Both the position numbers and the translations under genes were made by a program. The notes under the pieces were generated by a model that had not been told where the DNA came from, made no database searches, and saw nothing but the letters and a program-made list of their open reading frames with translations. Source: Opitutales bacterium (GTDB lineage: Bacteria > Verrucomicrobiota > Verrucomicrobiia > Opitutales > UBA9783). From it: 32,000 bases of DNA. The stretch is from the NCBI GenBank assembly GCA_046881885.1, contig JBKSMP010000024.1:23571-55570 (forward strand). Direction: 5' to 3'. Below, one piece after another: positions 17,525 to 26,599 of the stretch (its first letter is position 1; the number at the start of each line of letters is the position of its first letter).

Positions 17525-18859
17525 ATGTTTGGACACTCAAATAAGGCTTTACGAAAGTCCGTTGAACACACCTTGCATTGGGCTGAGAAGATTTATAATT
17601 ATCGTAAAGATCTTCTTAGTCAGGCTCAATGTCGTAATTTGCAACAAGCCAAAGTTGAGTTGTTAAGCTTGTACAAAAATTGGCCCAAGAAAGCTCCTGT
17701 ACCCGCAAAACTTCAAGAGGTATTGAAACAGTTACAAGCGCAATTGCGTACTTGTGGAGGAAAGCTTTATCCAGTATCATTTTGGTGTGATAATGCGGAA
17801 GTTTTTTGGGTTGCAGCTTTTTTAGCAATTGGTATTCGTTCCTTTTTCTTTCAGCCCTTTCGTATTCCAACGTGTTCGATGTTTCCTTCATTTTCGGGCA
17901 TGCAGACATGTCTACATGAAAATGTGAAAGAAAAGCCAAGCTGGTTTAGCAAGCCGTTTCGGTGGTTGATTAAAGGGGCAGAAAATTATTATTACCAAGC
18001 ACCTTGTGATGGTTTAATAAAAATTCCGTTGTTCACGCGCCAGGAAATGTTACGGTATAATTCGCACATTCGTTATGAGGTTGAAACGGGGCGTGAGATC
18101 GGTAATTTGTGGCTCAAGCATTTTTTTCCAAAACCGTATAAAGTTTATTTACTTTGGATAGGAGACCAGCAAGTACGTATTCGTGTGCCTTTTGAATTTA
18201 CGGATATGGAAGCGGTTTTACGGAAAAAGTTTTTCCCAAATTACAAAAGTTTTGATCAATTGCTTCGGTCCGAAAACGCCGATATTTCGTACCAAAGAGA
18301 GCAGGGATATTTTGTTAAAACATCTAATTATGCGAAAAAAGGAGAATGTTTTTTGCATTTTGATATTTGTGCAGGTGATATGTTATTTGTGGATCGCTTA
18401 ACCTATCATTTTCGGAGGCCGAATATTGGCGAAGCTATTGTTTTTAGAACAGGAAATATTCCTTTGTTAGATAAAGATCTTTACTATATTAAACGTCTTG
18501 TCGGTTGTTCAGGGGATTTAATTTCGATTGAAAGAGGAAAATTGCTCAGGAATCGGTGTCCTATGGATGACTGTTCAGCCTTTATTAACAACAATCTTCA
18601 AAAAGGTTTGTATCCAGGGTATCGTGCGCAAGGCTTTTTGGAAAAAGGTCGCGAATTTATTGTTAATTCAGGGTTTTTCTTTGCTTTAGGGGATAATTCT
18701 CCGTTTAGTTACGATAGTCGATTTTGGGGGGAAGTTCCTAAAAAAGATGTTATTGGTAAAGCAGCTTTTGTAATACATCCTTTTTCTTGGCGTTGGGGCT
18801 TTGCCGACAAAGACAAATCCAATGAGAAGGCCTCTCGTGAAGATTACGTTTTTCAATAA
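17525..18859 (+). CDS. lepB: Signal peptidase I (LepB), long form
   Basis: Catalytic Ser box PTCSMFPSF, GDMLFVDRLTY, Lys box YYIKRLVGCSGD, and GDNSPFSYDSRFWG. It carries an extended N-terminal region and insertion relative to E. coli LepB. Confidence 0.85.
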   Translation: MFGHSNKALRKSVEHTLHWAEKIYNYRKDLLSQAQCRNLQQAKVELLSLYKNWPKKAPVPAKLQEVLKQLQAQLRTCGGKLYPVSFWCDNAEVFWVAAFLAIGIRSFFFQPFRIPTCSMFPSFSGMQTCLHENVKEKPSWFSKPFRWLIKGAENYYYQAPCDGLIKIPLFTRQEMLRYNSHIRYEVETGREIGNLWLKHFFPKPYKVYLLWIGDQQVRIRVPFEFTDMEAVLRKKFFPNYKSFDQLLRSENADISYQREQGYFVKTSNYAKKGECFLHFDICAGDMLFVDRLTYHFRRPNIGEAIVFRTGNIPLLDKDLYYIKRLVGCSGDLISIERGKLLRNRCPMDDCSAFINNNLQKGLYPGYRAQGFLEKGREFIVNSGFFFALGDNSPFSYDSRFWGEVPKKDVIGKAAFVIHPFSWRWGFADKDKSNEKASREDYVFQ

Positions 18860-18920
18860 AGGTTCTGAAAAGACTTTTGGGATATTTAATAATATTGAAA
18901 AATTTTTACCGTTAAAAGTA

Positions 18921-18949
18921 TTGAATTAATTCCTTAAAAGTTGTATAGT
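18921..18949 (+). promoter_or_regulatory. Candidate sigma70-type promoter (TTGAAT-17 nt-TATAGT)
   Basis: -35 TTGAAT (18921-18926), exactly a 17-nt spacer, and -10 TATAGT (18944-18949). The ATG at 18956 is 7 nt past the -10 box, with no SD. Confidence 0.3.
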
Positions 18950-18955
18950 TTTTAT

Positions 18956-20443
18956 ATGAAAGAGGGATTGCCAAGATTGACTGCAGAAGAGGCTGCAGCT
19001 TTTATAAAACATGGAGATGCGGTAGCTTGTAGTGGATTTTCGGCTGCAGGTTCTCCTAAAGTTATTTTAGAAAGTCTTGCAAAGCGCGCCGAAGCTTTAC
19101 ATGCAGAAGGAAAAGAATTTCAAATAAAATTATTTACGGGTGCTTCTTCAAGCGATCATGTGGATGGTGTTCTGAGTCGTGCAAAAGCGGTTTCGCATCG
19201 TTTTCCGTATCAATCGAGCAAAGACATGCGAACGGCAATTAATGCGGGTGAAGTCGCCTATGCGGATTTGCATTTATCGGGGTATCCGCAATTTATTAAT
19301 TATGGATTTTTAGGGCCTATTGATGTGGCCTGTATTGAAGTTGCAGATTATACAGAAGATGGGGAATTGGTATTGACAGCTGCGGTTGGGGCCAGTCCAA
19401 CGTTTTGTCGTAATGCCAAGCATATTTTGTTGGAACATAATACCTATCATCCCAAATCGATAGTCGGTATGCACGATCTTTACGAGCTTGAAAATCCGCC
19501 GCATCGCAAGCCTATTCCTTTGATACGTGTAGAGGATCGTATCGGTCGTACTACGCTTAAGGTCGATCCTAAAAAGATTATCGGTGTGGTCGAAACGTGT
19601 GCGGCTGATGGCGTTGCTGACTTTAAAGAAATCAATGCTGTTCATGAAAAGATTGGGCAACATGTGGCGGAATTTTTTGTCCAAGAAATGGCGAAAGGAC
19701 GCATACCAAAGACCTTCTTACCTGTACAATCAGGTGTTGGGAATATTGCAAATGCGGTTTTAAAGACGATGGGATTGGAGAAAAGAATTCCGGCGTTTGA
19801 AGTCTATAGTGAAGTCGCACAAGATGCTGTTTTTGAGCTGATGGAAATGGATCGCGTTTCTTTCACAAGTGCCTGTTCTTTGACACTTACGGATGCTCGT
19901 ATGCAGCAGGTTTACAATAATTGGGATTTTTACAAAAATCGTCTTGTGCTACGTCCCGAAGAGATTACGAATCATCCAGAAATTATTCGCCGATTGGGCC
20001 TTTTAACCTTAAATGCAGCCCTAGAAGTCGATTGTTTCGGTAATGTTAATAGTACGCATGTGTTTGGAACCAATTTGATGAACGGTATTGGTGGTTCAGG
20101 AGATTTTGCTCGAAATGGTTATATTTCTATCTTTACTTTGCCATCAACGGCTAAAAATGGTACGATTTCGAGCATTGTGCCGTTTTGTTCACACATAGAT
20201 CATACGGAACATGATACGCAAATTATTATAACTGAACAAGGTATTGCGGATTTACGTGGAAAATCGCCAGAAGAACGTGCTAAGTGCATTATAGAAAATT
20301 GTGTTCATCCGGATTATAAGCCTATTTTACAGGCTTATTTGAAGCGAACAAAAAACAAGCATATTACACATGATCTGTCTTGTGCATTTGCGCTTTACGA
20401 AGCCTTTTCAAAAACAGGTGATATGCGTAATTGTCAATTTTAG
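18956..20443 (+). CDS. Acetyl-CoA hydrolase/transferase family protein (succinyl-CoA:acetate CoA-transferase-like)
   Basis: SGFSAAGSPKV, QSGVGNIANAV, YSEVAQD and NGIGGSGDFARN are typical of the Ach1/Cat1/AarC family. The ATG at 18956 is preferred to the track's TTG at 18941. Confidence 0.8.
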   Translation: MKEGLPRLTAEEAAAFIKHGDAVACSGFSAAGSPKVILESLAKRAEALHAEGKEFQIKLFTGASSSDHVDGVLSRAKAVSHRFPYQSSKDMRTAINAGEVAYADLHLSGYPQFINYGFLGPIDVACIEVADYTEDGELVLTAAVGASPTFCRNAKHILLEHNTYHPKSIVGMHDLYELENPPHRKPIPLIRVEDRIGRTTLKVDPKKIIGVVETCAADGVADFKEINAVHEKIGQHVAEFFVQEMAKGRIPKTFLPVQSGVGNIANAVLKTMGLEKRIPAFEVYSEVAQDAVFELMEMDRVSFTSACSLTLTDARMQQVYNNWDFYKNRLVLRPEEITNHPEIIRRLGLLTLNAALEVDCFGNVNSTHVFGTNLMNGIGGSGDFARNGYISIFTLPSTAKNGTISSIVPFCSHIDHTEHDTQIIITEQGIADLRGKSPEERAKCIIENCVHPDYKPILQAYLKRTKNKHITHDLSCAFALYEAFSKTGDMRNCQF

Positions 20444-20446
20444 TAA

Positions 20447-21745
20447 ATGGCTCATACGGTCTATATTGCTTTAGGATCTAATCTTGGCGATCGATTGCGG
20501 AACTTACGGTTGGCAGTAGATGCATTGTCGCATTTGCTGAAAGATGTACGAACTTCGATTGTTCTGAAAACAGAGGCCTTATTGTTGCCTGGATCACCTA
20601 AAGAATGGAATTTATCCTATTACAACATGATTGTATGCGGGCAGACAGATTTATCGCCTCTTGCCTTATTGGAACAGCTGCAAGCAATTGAAGTCAAATT
20701 GGGGCGTGTGAAAGAACACCCTCAATGGGGTCCGCGAACGATCGATTTGGATATTTTGCTTTATGATGATTTAATACTCAATACAGAGATATTAAAAATT
20801 CCGCATGTAGAATTGAAAAATCGTGATTTTTTACTCCATTTAATGTCTTTAGTGTCGCCTGATTTAAAGTATCCTAAAAGCGATTTGTCATTTGAAGCCT
20901 TAGCTCGAGAAAAGTTAAAAGAAACCGGTACAGGTTTTCATAAAACGTTTACTTTACATCCCCAATTGGTAGGTATTGTCAATGTAACCCCTGATTCTTT
21001 TTCAGATGGAGGTGATTATTTTAACCCCGAAGCAGCCGTGCAACACTGTTACGAGCTTATAGAAGCAGGTGCAAGCGTTTTAGATTTGGGAGCTCAATCC
21101 ACACGTCCAGGAGCTCATTTATTAACGATAGAAGAGGAATGGCAGCGTTTAGAACCTGTTTTAGCTCAACTTGATTTTGAAAAAATCGCTATTAGTATTG
21201 ATACCTATCAGGATGCAATCGTTGAGCGTTTATTGAAGCAATTTCCGATAGCCTGGATTAATGACGTTTCCGGGCGTTTACAAGCATCAACATTACGTTT
21301 GATTGCAGATTCAGGTTGTAAATTGTGTACGATGCATGCGCTCCATGTGCCACCTGTTTCGGGTGAATATCTCGAAAATCCTTTACAAAGCCTAAAAGAG
21401 TGGTGTGAGCAGCAAATTGAACAGCTTACACATTGTGGTTTTACGCTTAAGAACATTATCTTAGACCCTGGTATTGGTTTTGGCAAATCTCCTTATCAAA
21501 CAGGGCTACTAATACAAAAGATGGATGATTTACGGCAATTGGGTTGTGAACTTCTCGTTGGGCATTCTCGAAAATCTTACCTTAATCTTTTAGGCGAACG
21601 AGAAGCTAAAGATCGTGACATTGAAACGCTTGCTATTTCCGCTTCTTTAAAAGATAAGGTTGATTATTTGCGTGTGCATAATGTAGCTTTGCATCAACGT
21701 TTTTTTACCACACAGCATTGGATTGAAAATTGTCATGAAAGTTGA
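20447..21745 (+). CDS. folKP: Bifunctional HPPK / dihydropteroate synthase (FolK-FolP fusion)
   Basis: The N-terminal HPPK part has VYIALGSNLGDR and GPRTIDLDILLY. The C-terminal DHPS part has VGIVNVTPDSFSDGG, DLGAQSTRPG, DPGIGFGK and GHSRKS. Confidence 0.9.
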   Translation: MAHTVYIALGSNLGDRLRNLRLAVDALSHLLKDVRTSIVLKTEALLLPGSPKEWNLSYYNMIVCGQTDLSPLALLEQLQAIEVKLGRVKEHPQWGPRTIDLDILLYDDLILNTEILKIPHVELKNRDFLLHLMSLVSPDLKYPKSDLSFEALAREKLKETGTGFHKTFTLHPQLVGIVNVTPDSFSDGGDYFNPEAAVQHCYELIEAGASVLDLGAQSTRPGAHLLTIEEEWQRLEPVLAQLDFEKIAISIDTYQDAIVERLLKQFPIAWINDVSGRLQASTLRLIADSGCKLCTMHALHVPPVSGEYLENPLQSLKEWCEQQIEQLTHCGFTLKNIILDPGIGFGKSPYQTGLLIQKMDDLRQLGCELLVGHSRKSYLNLLGEREAKDRDIETLAISASLKDKVDYLRVHNVALHQRFFTTQHWIENCHES

Positions 21746-22460
21746 AGCCATACGAACGGATCGTGTTGACCAAGCCCAAGATTTAAATGCCTTTGTGGAT
21801 CGTTTTTTACCGCAGTTAGAGGAAAAGTCTATTGTGGTCATTACCTCTAAAATCGTAAGCTTATGTGAAGGGCGTACGATTCCTAAAAAGGATGTAAAAA
21901 AGTACGATCTGATTGCTCAGGAAGCCGAAAAGATTATCCCTAATGAGGAAAGTAAGGATACCAGCATTGTTTTAACCTATACGCATGGCTTACTTATTCC
22001 TTCGGCAGGAATTGATGAGTCGAATGGACAAGATGCATTTATCCTGTACCCAAAAAATCCTTTTGATTCCGCCTTTGAGCTTTGGAAGTTTTTACGAAAT
22101 AAATATAACTTGGAAAATTTAGGAGTTATTATTTCAGATAGCCATACAACACCTTTACGTAAAGGTGTTACGGGAATTGCATTGGCTTGGTGGGGCTTTA
22201 ATCCTCTAAAAAGCTACGTGGGTTCTCCGGACCTTTTCGGTCATCCACTACGTGTAACTTATGTAAATGTAGCCGATGCTTTAGCCATTTCTGCGGTTTT
22301 TGCAATGGGCGAAGGAGCCGAATGTACTCCTATAGCGATTATTAACGAAGCTCCACACCTTGCCTTTAACGCACAATCCCATAATCGATCCGAAATCGCC
22401 ATTGATCCCCAAGAAGACCTCTACAGAGCCTTTTTGAGGCCTTTGTTAGAAGGATCCTAA
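21735..22460 (+). CDS. CofE-like gamma-glutamyl ligase family protein (candidate non-canonical folylpolyglutamate synthase, FolC2-type)
   Basis: VVITSKIVSLCEGR and IPSAGIDESNG resemble F420-0:gamma-glutamyl ligase (CofE) motifs. The ATG at 21735 overlaps the folKP stop by 11 nt. Confidence 0.65.
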   Translation: MKVEAIRTDRVDQAQDLNAFVDRFLPQLEEKSIVVITSKIVSLCEGRTIPKKDVKKYDLIAQEAEKIIPNEESKDTSIVLTYTHGLLIPSAGIDESNGQDAFILYPKNPFDSAFELWKFLRNKYNLENLGVIISDSHTTPLRKGVTGIALAWWGFNPLKSYVGSPDLFGHPLRVTYVNVADALAISAVFAMGEGAECTPIAIINEAPHLAFNAQSHNRSEIAIDPQEDLYRAFLRPLLEGS

Positions 22461-22643
22461 TATATTTTAAATCTTGTTGGCGTTATATAAGTATAAACTA
22501 TCTATTTTTGGTTTTGTTCAACAAAAACCAAGTCATAAACCTAAAAAATTTAAATGAATTATGTAGACTACCTTTTAGATGTAAAAAGAAACAACTCTTA
22601 AAATCTCAAAAACTAACAAAAATAATTACTGTTAATTCCCGAC

Positions 22644-22733
22644 CTGGCGGAGAGAGAGGGATTCGAACCCTCGGTGGAGTTGCCCCCACACCTGATTTCG
22701 AGTCAGGCACATTCGTCCACTCTGTCATCTCTC
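22644..22733 (-). tRNA. tRNA-Ser (anticodon CGA), CCA encoded
   Basis: The reverse complement reads GGAGAGA...CCTGA-CTCGAAA-TCAGG...long variable arm...GAGGG-TTCGAAT-CCCTC-TCTCTCC-G-CCA. Confidence 0.9.
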
Positions 22734-22855
22734 CAATAAAACTCATACAAAATCATTTTCGAAAAACCTTCAAGAAAAATGTGGCAAAAATGGATTTTTT
22801 GAAGTTTTTTATAATTATGCTTGCAGTGATTTGCTAAGAGATTAGTTTGGTGGGT

Positions 22856-23428
22856 ATGGAATCGGAAAAGGATTTATCGCAAGAAGCAAAGGAGCAAAAC
22901 ATTGATGCTTCCTCTGAAGTTTCAGCCCAAGAGGAAGTTTCTCTTGAAACATTACAGCAGCAATTAGCTGCTATGGAAGCCTCATGCAAAGACTTTGAAG
23001 ATAAATATATCCGAGCTTGTGCTTCCCTCGAAAACGTTCGAAAACGCTGCGAAAAAGACAAGGAAGAAATTCGTATCAATACGACGTTTTATACGTGTTT
23101 ACCCATTCTTGAACTTTTTGATGGGTTTAAATTGGGCCTAGCGAGTGCTGAATCTCAAAAAATTGATGAAAACGTATTAAAAGGCTTTCAGATGATTTTG
23201 CAGCAATTTAATGATTGCTTAAAAACGCTGAACATTACGCCTATTGATGCCGTTAATGTTGCATTTGATCCCAATGTCCATCATGCGGTTTCCAATTGTT
23301 TTCATGACACGATTCCAGAAGATCATGTTGTGCATATTGTGCGTACAGGATATCAATTAGGCGAACGACTTTTGCGTCCTGCTTCTGTCGTTGTATCTAA
23401 AGGTAAAGAGCCAGAAAAACAGCAGTAA
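22856..23428 (+). CDS. grpE: Nucleotide exchange factor GrpE
   Basis: Coiled-coil N-terminus, ...[18 protein letters not shown]..., FDPNVHHAV, and [16 protein letters not shown]. The ATG at 22856 is used. The track's TTG at 22847 is possible. Confidence 0.85.
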   Translation: MESEKDLSQEAKEQNIDASSEVSAQEEVSLETLQQQLAAMEASCKDFEDKYIRACASLENVRKRCEKDKEEIRINTTFYTCLPILELFDGFKLGLASAESQKIDENVLKGFQMILQQFNDCLKTLNITPIDAVNVAFDPNVHHAVSNCFHDTIPEDHVVHIVRTGYQLGERLLRPASVVVSKGKEPEKQQ

Positions 23429-23430
23429 TT

Positions 23431-24552
23431 ATGTCAAAAAAAGATTACTACGAACTTCTTGGTGTTTCTCGGTCTGCTTCTGCCGATGAAATAAAAAAGG
23501 CTTATCGTAAGCTTGCGGTTAAGTACCATCCTGACAAAAACCCTGGAGATAAGGAAGCAGAAGAAAAATTTAAGGAAATTTCTGAGGCTTACGAAGTACT
23601 CAAAGATGATAAAAAGAAGGCTATGTATGATCAATATGGTCATGCGGCATTCCAAGGAGCAGGGGCTTCGAGTTCTTATCAAGGTGGCTTCCAAGATCCG
23701 TTTGATTTGTTTAGAGAAGTTTTTGGAGGTGGAAGAAGTGGCGGTATTTTTGACAGCTTTTTCGGAGGTGGTTCACATTCTTATGAAAAGCAGCGTGGAT
23801 CCGATCTTCGTTACGATCTAGAAATTACGTTAGAAGAAGCGTTTTCAGGTGTTTCAAAGACGGTTGAGTATCGCAGAAATGTTGCTTGCTCGCATTGCAA
23901 AGGTTCGGGGGCTAAACCCGGTACGCAAGCTAAAACCTGTCCACATTGCCATGGACGTGGTCAAGTCGTTACCTCACAAGGATTTTTCAGCATGAGTCGA
24001 ACCTGTCCACATTGTCATGGGTCTGGACAAATGATTGAAAATCCATGTCCACATTGCCATGGGCAAGGCGTTGAAGCAGATCGCACGCAAGTTAAAGTTA
24101 AGATTCCTGCAGGTATTCATAATGGTTCTAAATTACGTTTTGCCAATCTAGGTGAAGCGGGTCCAGCAGGTCCAGGCGATCTCTATGTGGTTATTTTTAT
24201 CCAAGAACATCCTGTTTTTCAAAGAGATGGGGATAATTTGCTTATTTATCAATCTTTGCCATTTACCTTGGCGGCTTTAGGTGGTGAAATTCAGATTTCA
24301 ACCCTTCAAGGGGATGCCAATTTAAAGATTCCTGCAGGTACGCAACCCAATACAATTTTCAAAATGAAAAATTATGGAATGCCACAATTAAATCCGCGTG
24401 GTGTTTCACAAAAAAATGGTGATTTATTGGTTCACGTATCGATAGAAGTACCCAAGAAATTAACCAAAGAACAACGTGTGAAATTGGAAGCTTTTTCTGA
24501 AGCCTTAGGAGAAAATTCTGATGCGAAGAAAAATGTAAAAAAAAATTTGTAA
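23431..24552 (+). CDS. dnaJ: Chaperone DnaJ
   Basis: J-domain with KYHPDKNPG, a G/F-rich linker, and four zinc-finger repeats ([32 protein letters not shown]). Confidence 0.95.
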   Translation: MSKKDYYELLGVSRSASADEIKKAYRKLAVKYHPDKNPGDKEAEEKFKEISEAYEVLKDDKKKAMYDQYGHAAFQGAGASSSYQGGFQDPFDLFREVFGGGRSGGIFDSFFGGGSHSYEKQRGSDLRYDLEITLEEAFSGVSKTVEYRRNVACSHCKGSGAKPGTQAKTCPHCHGRGQVVTSQGFFSMSRTCPHCHGSGQMIENPCPHCHGQGVEADRTQVKVKIPAGIHNGSKLRFANLGEAGPAGPGDLYVVIFIQEHPVFQRDGDNLLIYQSLPFTLAALGGEIQISTLQGDANLKIPAGTQPNTIFKMKNYGMPQLNPRGVSQKNGDLLVHVSIEVPKKLTKEQRVKLEAFSEALGENSDAKKNVKKNL

Positions 24553-24591
24553 AATTTTCAGACTTTATAAAAAACTTATTCAGGTAATTAT

Positions 24592-25683
24592 ATGGAAAAC
24601 GCACCCGCAAAAACAAACTCAGCAAAATCGGAAGCTCGTATGGACGATAAAGCGCTTGAATTGGCTATTGCCGCAATCAATAAGCAATTCGGTGAAGGTG
24701 CTATCATGCGTATGGGCAGCACGGCAAAAATGGATGTTTCCGTCATTTCTACAGGATCTTTAGCGATCGACCTCGCACTTGGAGCAGGTGGATTGCCTCG
24801 AGGACGTATTTGTGAAATTTTTGGTCCCGAATCCTCGGGTAAAACAACGCTTTGTTTAAGCATTATTTCGCAAATCCAAAAGCAAGGAGGTCGTGCGGTA
24901 TTTATCGACGTTGAAAATGCGCTCGATCCACGTTATGCCAAGACGGTTGGTGTGGATCTCGACAATCTTATTGTCTCCCAGCCAGAAAGCGGTGAAGATG
25001 CTTTGAATATTGCTGAAACCTTGATTCGTTCAGGCGCAATTGAAGTTATTGTTGTAGACTCCGTAGCAGCTTTGGTATCTAAGGCCGAATTAAATGGTCA
25101 GATGGGAGATACAAATGTCGGCTTGCAAGCGCGTATGATGAGCCAAGCCATGCGTCGTTTAACAGCAGTTATTAATAAATCCAAATGTATTTGTATTTTC
25201 ACCAATCAAATTCGTGAAAAAATTGGTGTTATGTTTGGAAGCCCCGAAACAACTACTGGAGGACGTGCTCTGAAATTCTTTGCTTCGGTACGCTTAGATA
25301 TCCGCCGCATTGGTCAGTTGAAAGATGCTTCTGGACGTATTGTTGGTAACCGTACACGTTTGAAGGTCGTTAAAAATAAAGTCGCTCCTCCGTTTACTGA
25401 ATGCGAATTCGATATTATGTACGATGAAGGTATTTCGCAGGCCTCTTCTGTTCTTGATTTGGGTATTGAACATGGAATTTTTGAGAAAAAAGGTGCCTGG
25501 GTTTCTTATAAAGGTAACTTAATCGGTCAAGGCCGTGAACTCGCAAAAGCTTACTTAAAGAGCAATCCGCAAGTTATGGATGAAGCGATTCACCAAATTG
25601 TCGAAAAAGTTCGCGTTTCAGGCGGAATGAGTCTTGCTAAGGGCGCTTTCTCGGAAGGACGCGAAGAGGAAGCCTTGGCTTAA
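24592..25683 (+). CDS. recA: Recombinase RecA
   Basis: GPESSGKTT Walker [33 protein letters not shown], and [10 protein letters not shown]. Confidence 0.97.
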   Translation: MENAPAKTNSAKSEARMDDKALELAIAAINKQFGEGAIMRMGSTAKMDVSVISTGSLAIDLALGAGGLPRGRICEIFGPESSGKTTLCLSIISQIQKQGGRAVFIDVENALDPRYAKTVGVDLDNLIVSQPESGEDALNIAETLIRSGAIEVIVVDSVAALVSKAELNGQMGDTNVGLQARMMSQAMRRLTAVINKSKCICIFTNQIREKIGVMFGSPETTTGGRALKFFASVRLDIRRIGQLKDASGRIVGNRTRLKVVKNKVAPPFTECEFDIMYDEGISQASSVLDLGIEHGIFEKKGAWVSYKGNLIGQGRELAKAYLKSNPQVMDEAIHQIVEKVRVSGGMSLAKGAFSEGREEEALA

Positions 25684-25704
25684 TTCCAAGCTTTTAAATC
25701 AATT

Positions 25705-26496
25705 ATGCATCTGGTTTATGTATATAATGGACCAGGTGCTAGTGATGTTCAAGATTACGTTGTTGCCTTAAAACGCGTTCTTGATGTTGATTACAAAGTT
25801 GAATTAGTTGATTCAGCTGAACCTTTGTTAAAGCACGCAGATCGTGTTCGCTTATGGGTAATGCCTGGTGGAGCGGATCGTTTTTACCTTGAACATTTAA
25901 AAGGACAAGGTAATGAAGCTCTTGTTCAATTTGTAAAAAATGGTGGCTGCTATTTAGGTATTTGCGCAGGTGCTTATTATGCCGCAAGCTGTATTCTATT
26001 TGACCTGAATACCCCTAACGAAATCCAGGGAGAGCGTCCATTGAAATTCTTTGAAGGGATCGCCCAAGGTCCGGTTTTACGTCCTTACTTCTATAATGAA
26101 CCTAAAGGAATTTCTTGTGGAAAAATTTTCCTTAGCGAGCGTATTTTTTCCAATAAAGCCGAACTTAATCGACCTTCGAGCCATTTTTCTTACCTTTATT
26201 ACAATGGTGGACCCTGCTTTTTACCTGAAAGTGCAACTTGCGAAATTTTAGCTTGGTATCAAAAAGAAGCCCAAGAAAGTTGGTATTTGTCCACAAATGC
26301 TACTAAATTACCCGCTATTGTATATAAAAAATTTGGCCAAGGACATGTTGTTTTAAGCGGTTTGCATCTAGAAAATTCACTATTTGACTCGTATAATACA
26401 CTCAATAACTGTCTTAGCAATATGGATTTGCTTACTTATTGCCTAGGTGCAAAAATGGGCTTAAGCTGCAAGCACTCAATCCATTGTTCCCTTTAA
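25705..26496 (+). CDS. Stand-alone BPL_N / class-I glutamine-amidotransferase-like domain protein (263 aa)
   Basis: VYVYNGPG, MPGGADRFY and NGGCYLGICAGAYYA parallel the N-terminal domain of eukaryote-type biotin-protein ligases (VLVYNGPG / FPGGADLPY / GGVFIGFCAGGYFG, from memory). No ligase catalytic domain is present. Confidence 0.55.
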   Translation: MHLVYVYNGPGASDVQDYVVALKRVLDVDYKVELVDSAEPLLKHADRVRLWVMPGGADRFYLEHLKGQGNEALVQFVKNGGCYLGICAGAYYAASCILFDLNTPNEIQGERPLKFFEGIAQGPVLRPYFYNEPKGISCGKIFLSERIFSNKAELNRPSSHFSYLYYNGGPCFLPESATCEILAWYQKEAQESWYLSTNATKLPAIVYKKFGQGHVVLSGLHLENSLFDSYNTLNNCLSNMDLLTYCLGAKMGLSCKHSIHCSL

Positions 26497-26516
26497 ATCT
26501 TTCCAACGAACCCTTA

Positions 26517-26545
26517 TTGCTTGGTCAACAATAGGCTTTGATACT
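26517..26545 (+). promoter_or_regulatory. Weak candidate promoter for the AT-rich islet (TTGCTT-17 nt-GATACT)
   Basis: Hexamers read by eye 55-83 nt upstream of the 26600 ATG. The -10 matches only 4/6. Confidence 0.15.
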
Positions 26546-26599
26546 CTTTTTTAGTAATTTTTAAAATTTTAGGCACGAAATTAGCTATACATCATAAGT

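Noticed and set aside
22505-22532. AU-rich hairpin (TTGGTTTTG...CAAAAACCAA with a bulge) downstream of the CofE-like gene
   Set aside because: The stem is weak, bulged and almost all A/T. It is not followed by a T-run on the plus strand, and the flanking run has the wrong polarity for the minus strand. It is not a convincing terminator.
22508-22837. 109-aa plus-strand ORF
   Set aside because: It runs straight across the minus-strand tRNA-Ser(CGA) gene (22644-22733) and AT-rich intergenic DNA, so it is spurious.
26511-26552. Possible terminator hairpin (CCTTATTG...CAATAGG) after the BPL_N gene
   Set aside because: The 7-bp stem is bulged, and the T-run is about 10 nt away from the stem. Not convincing.
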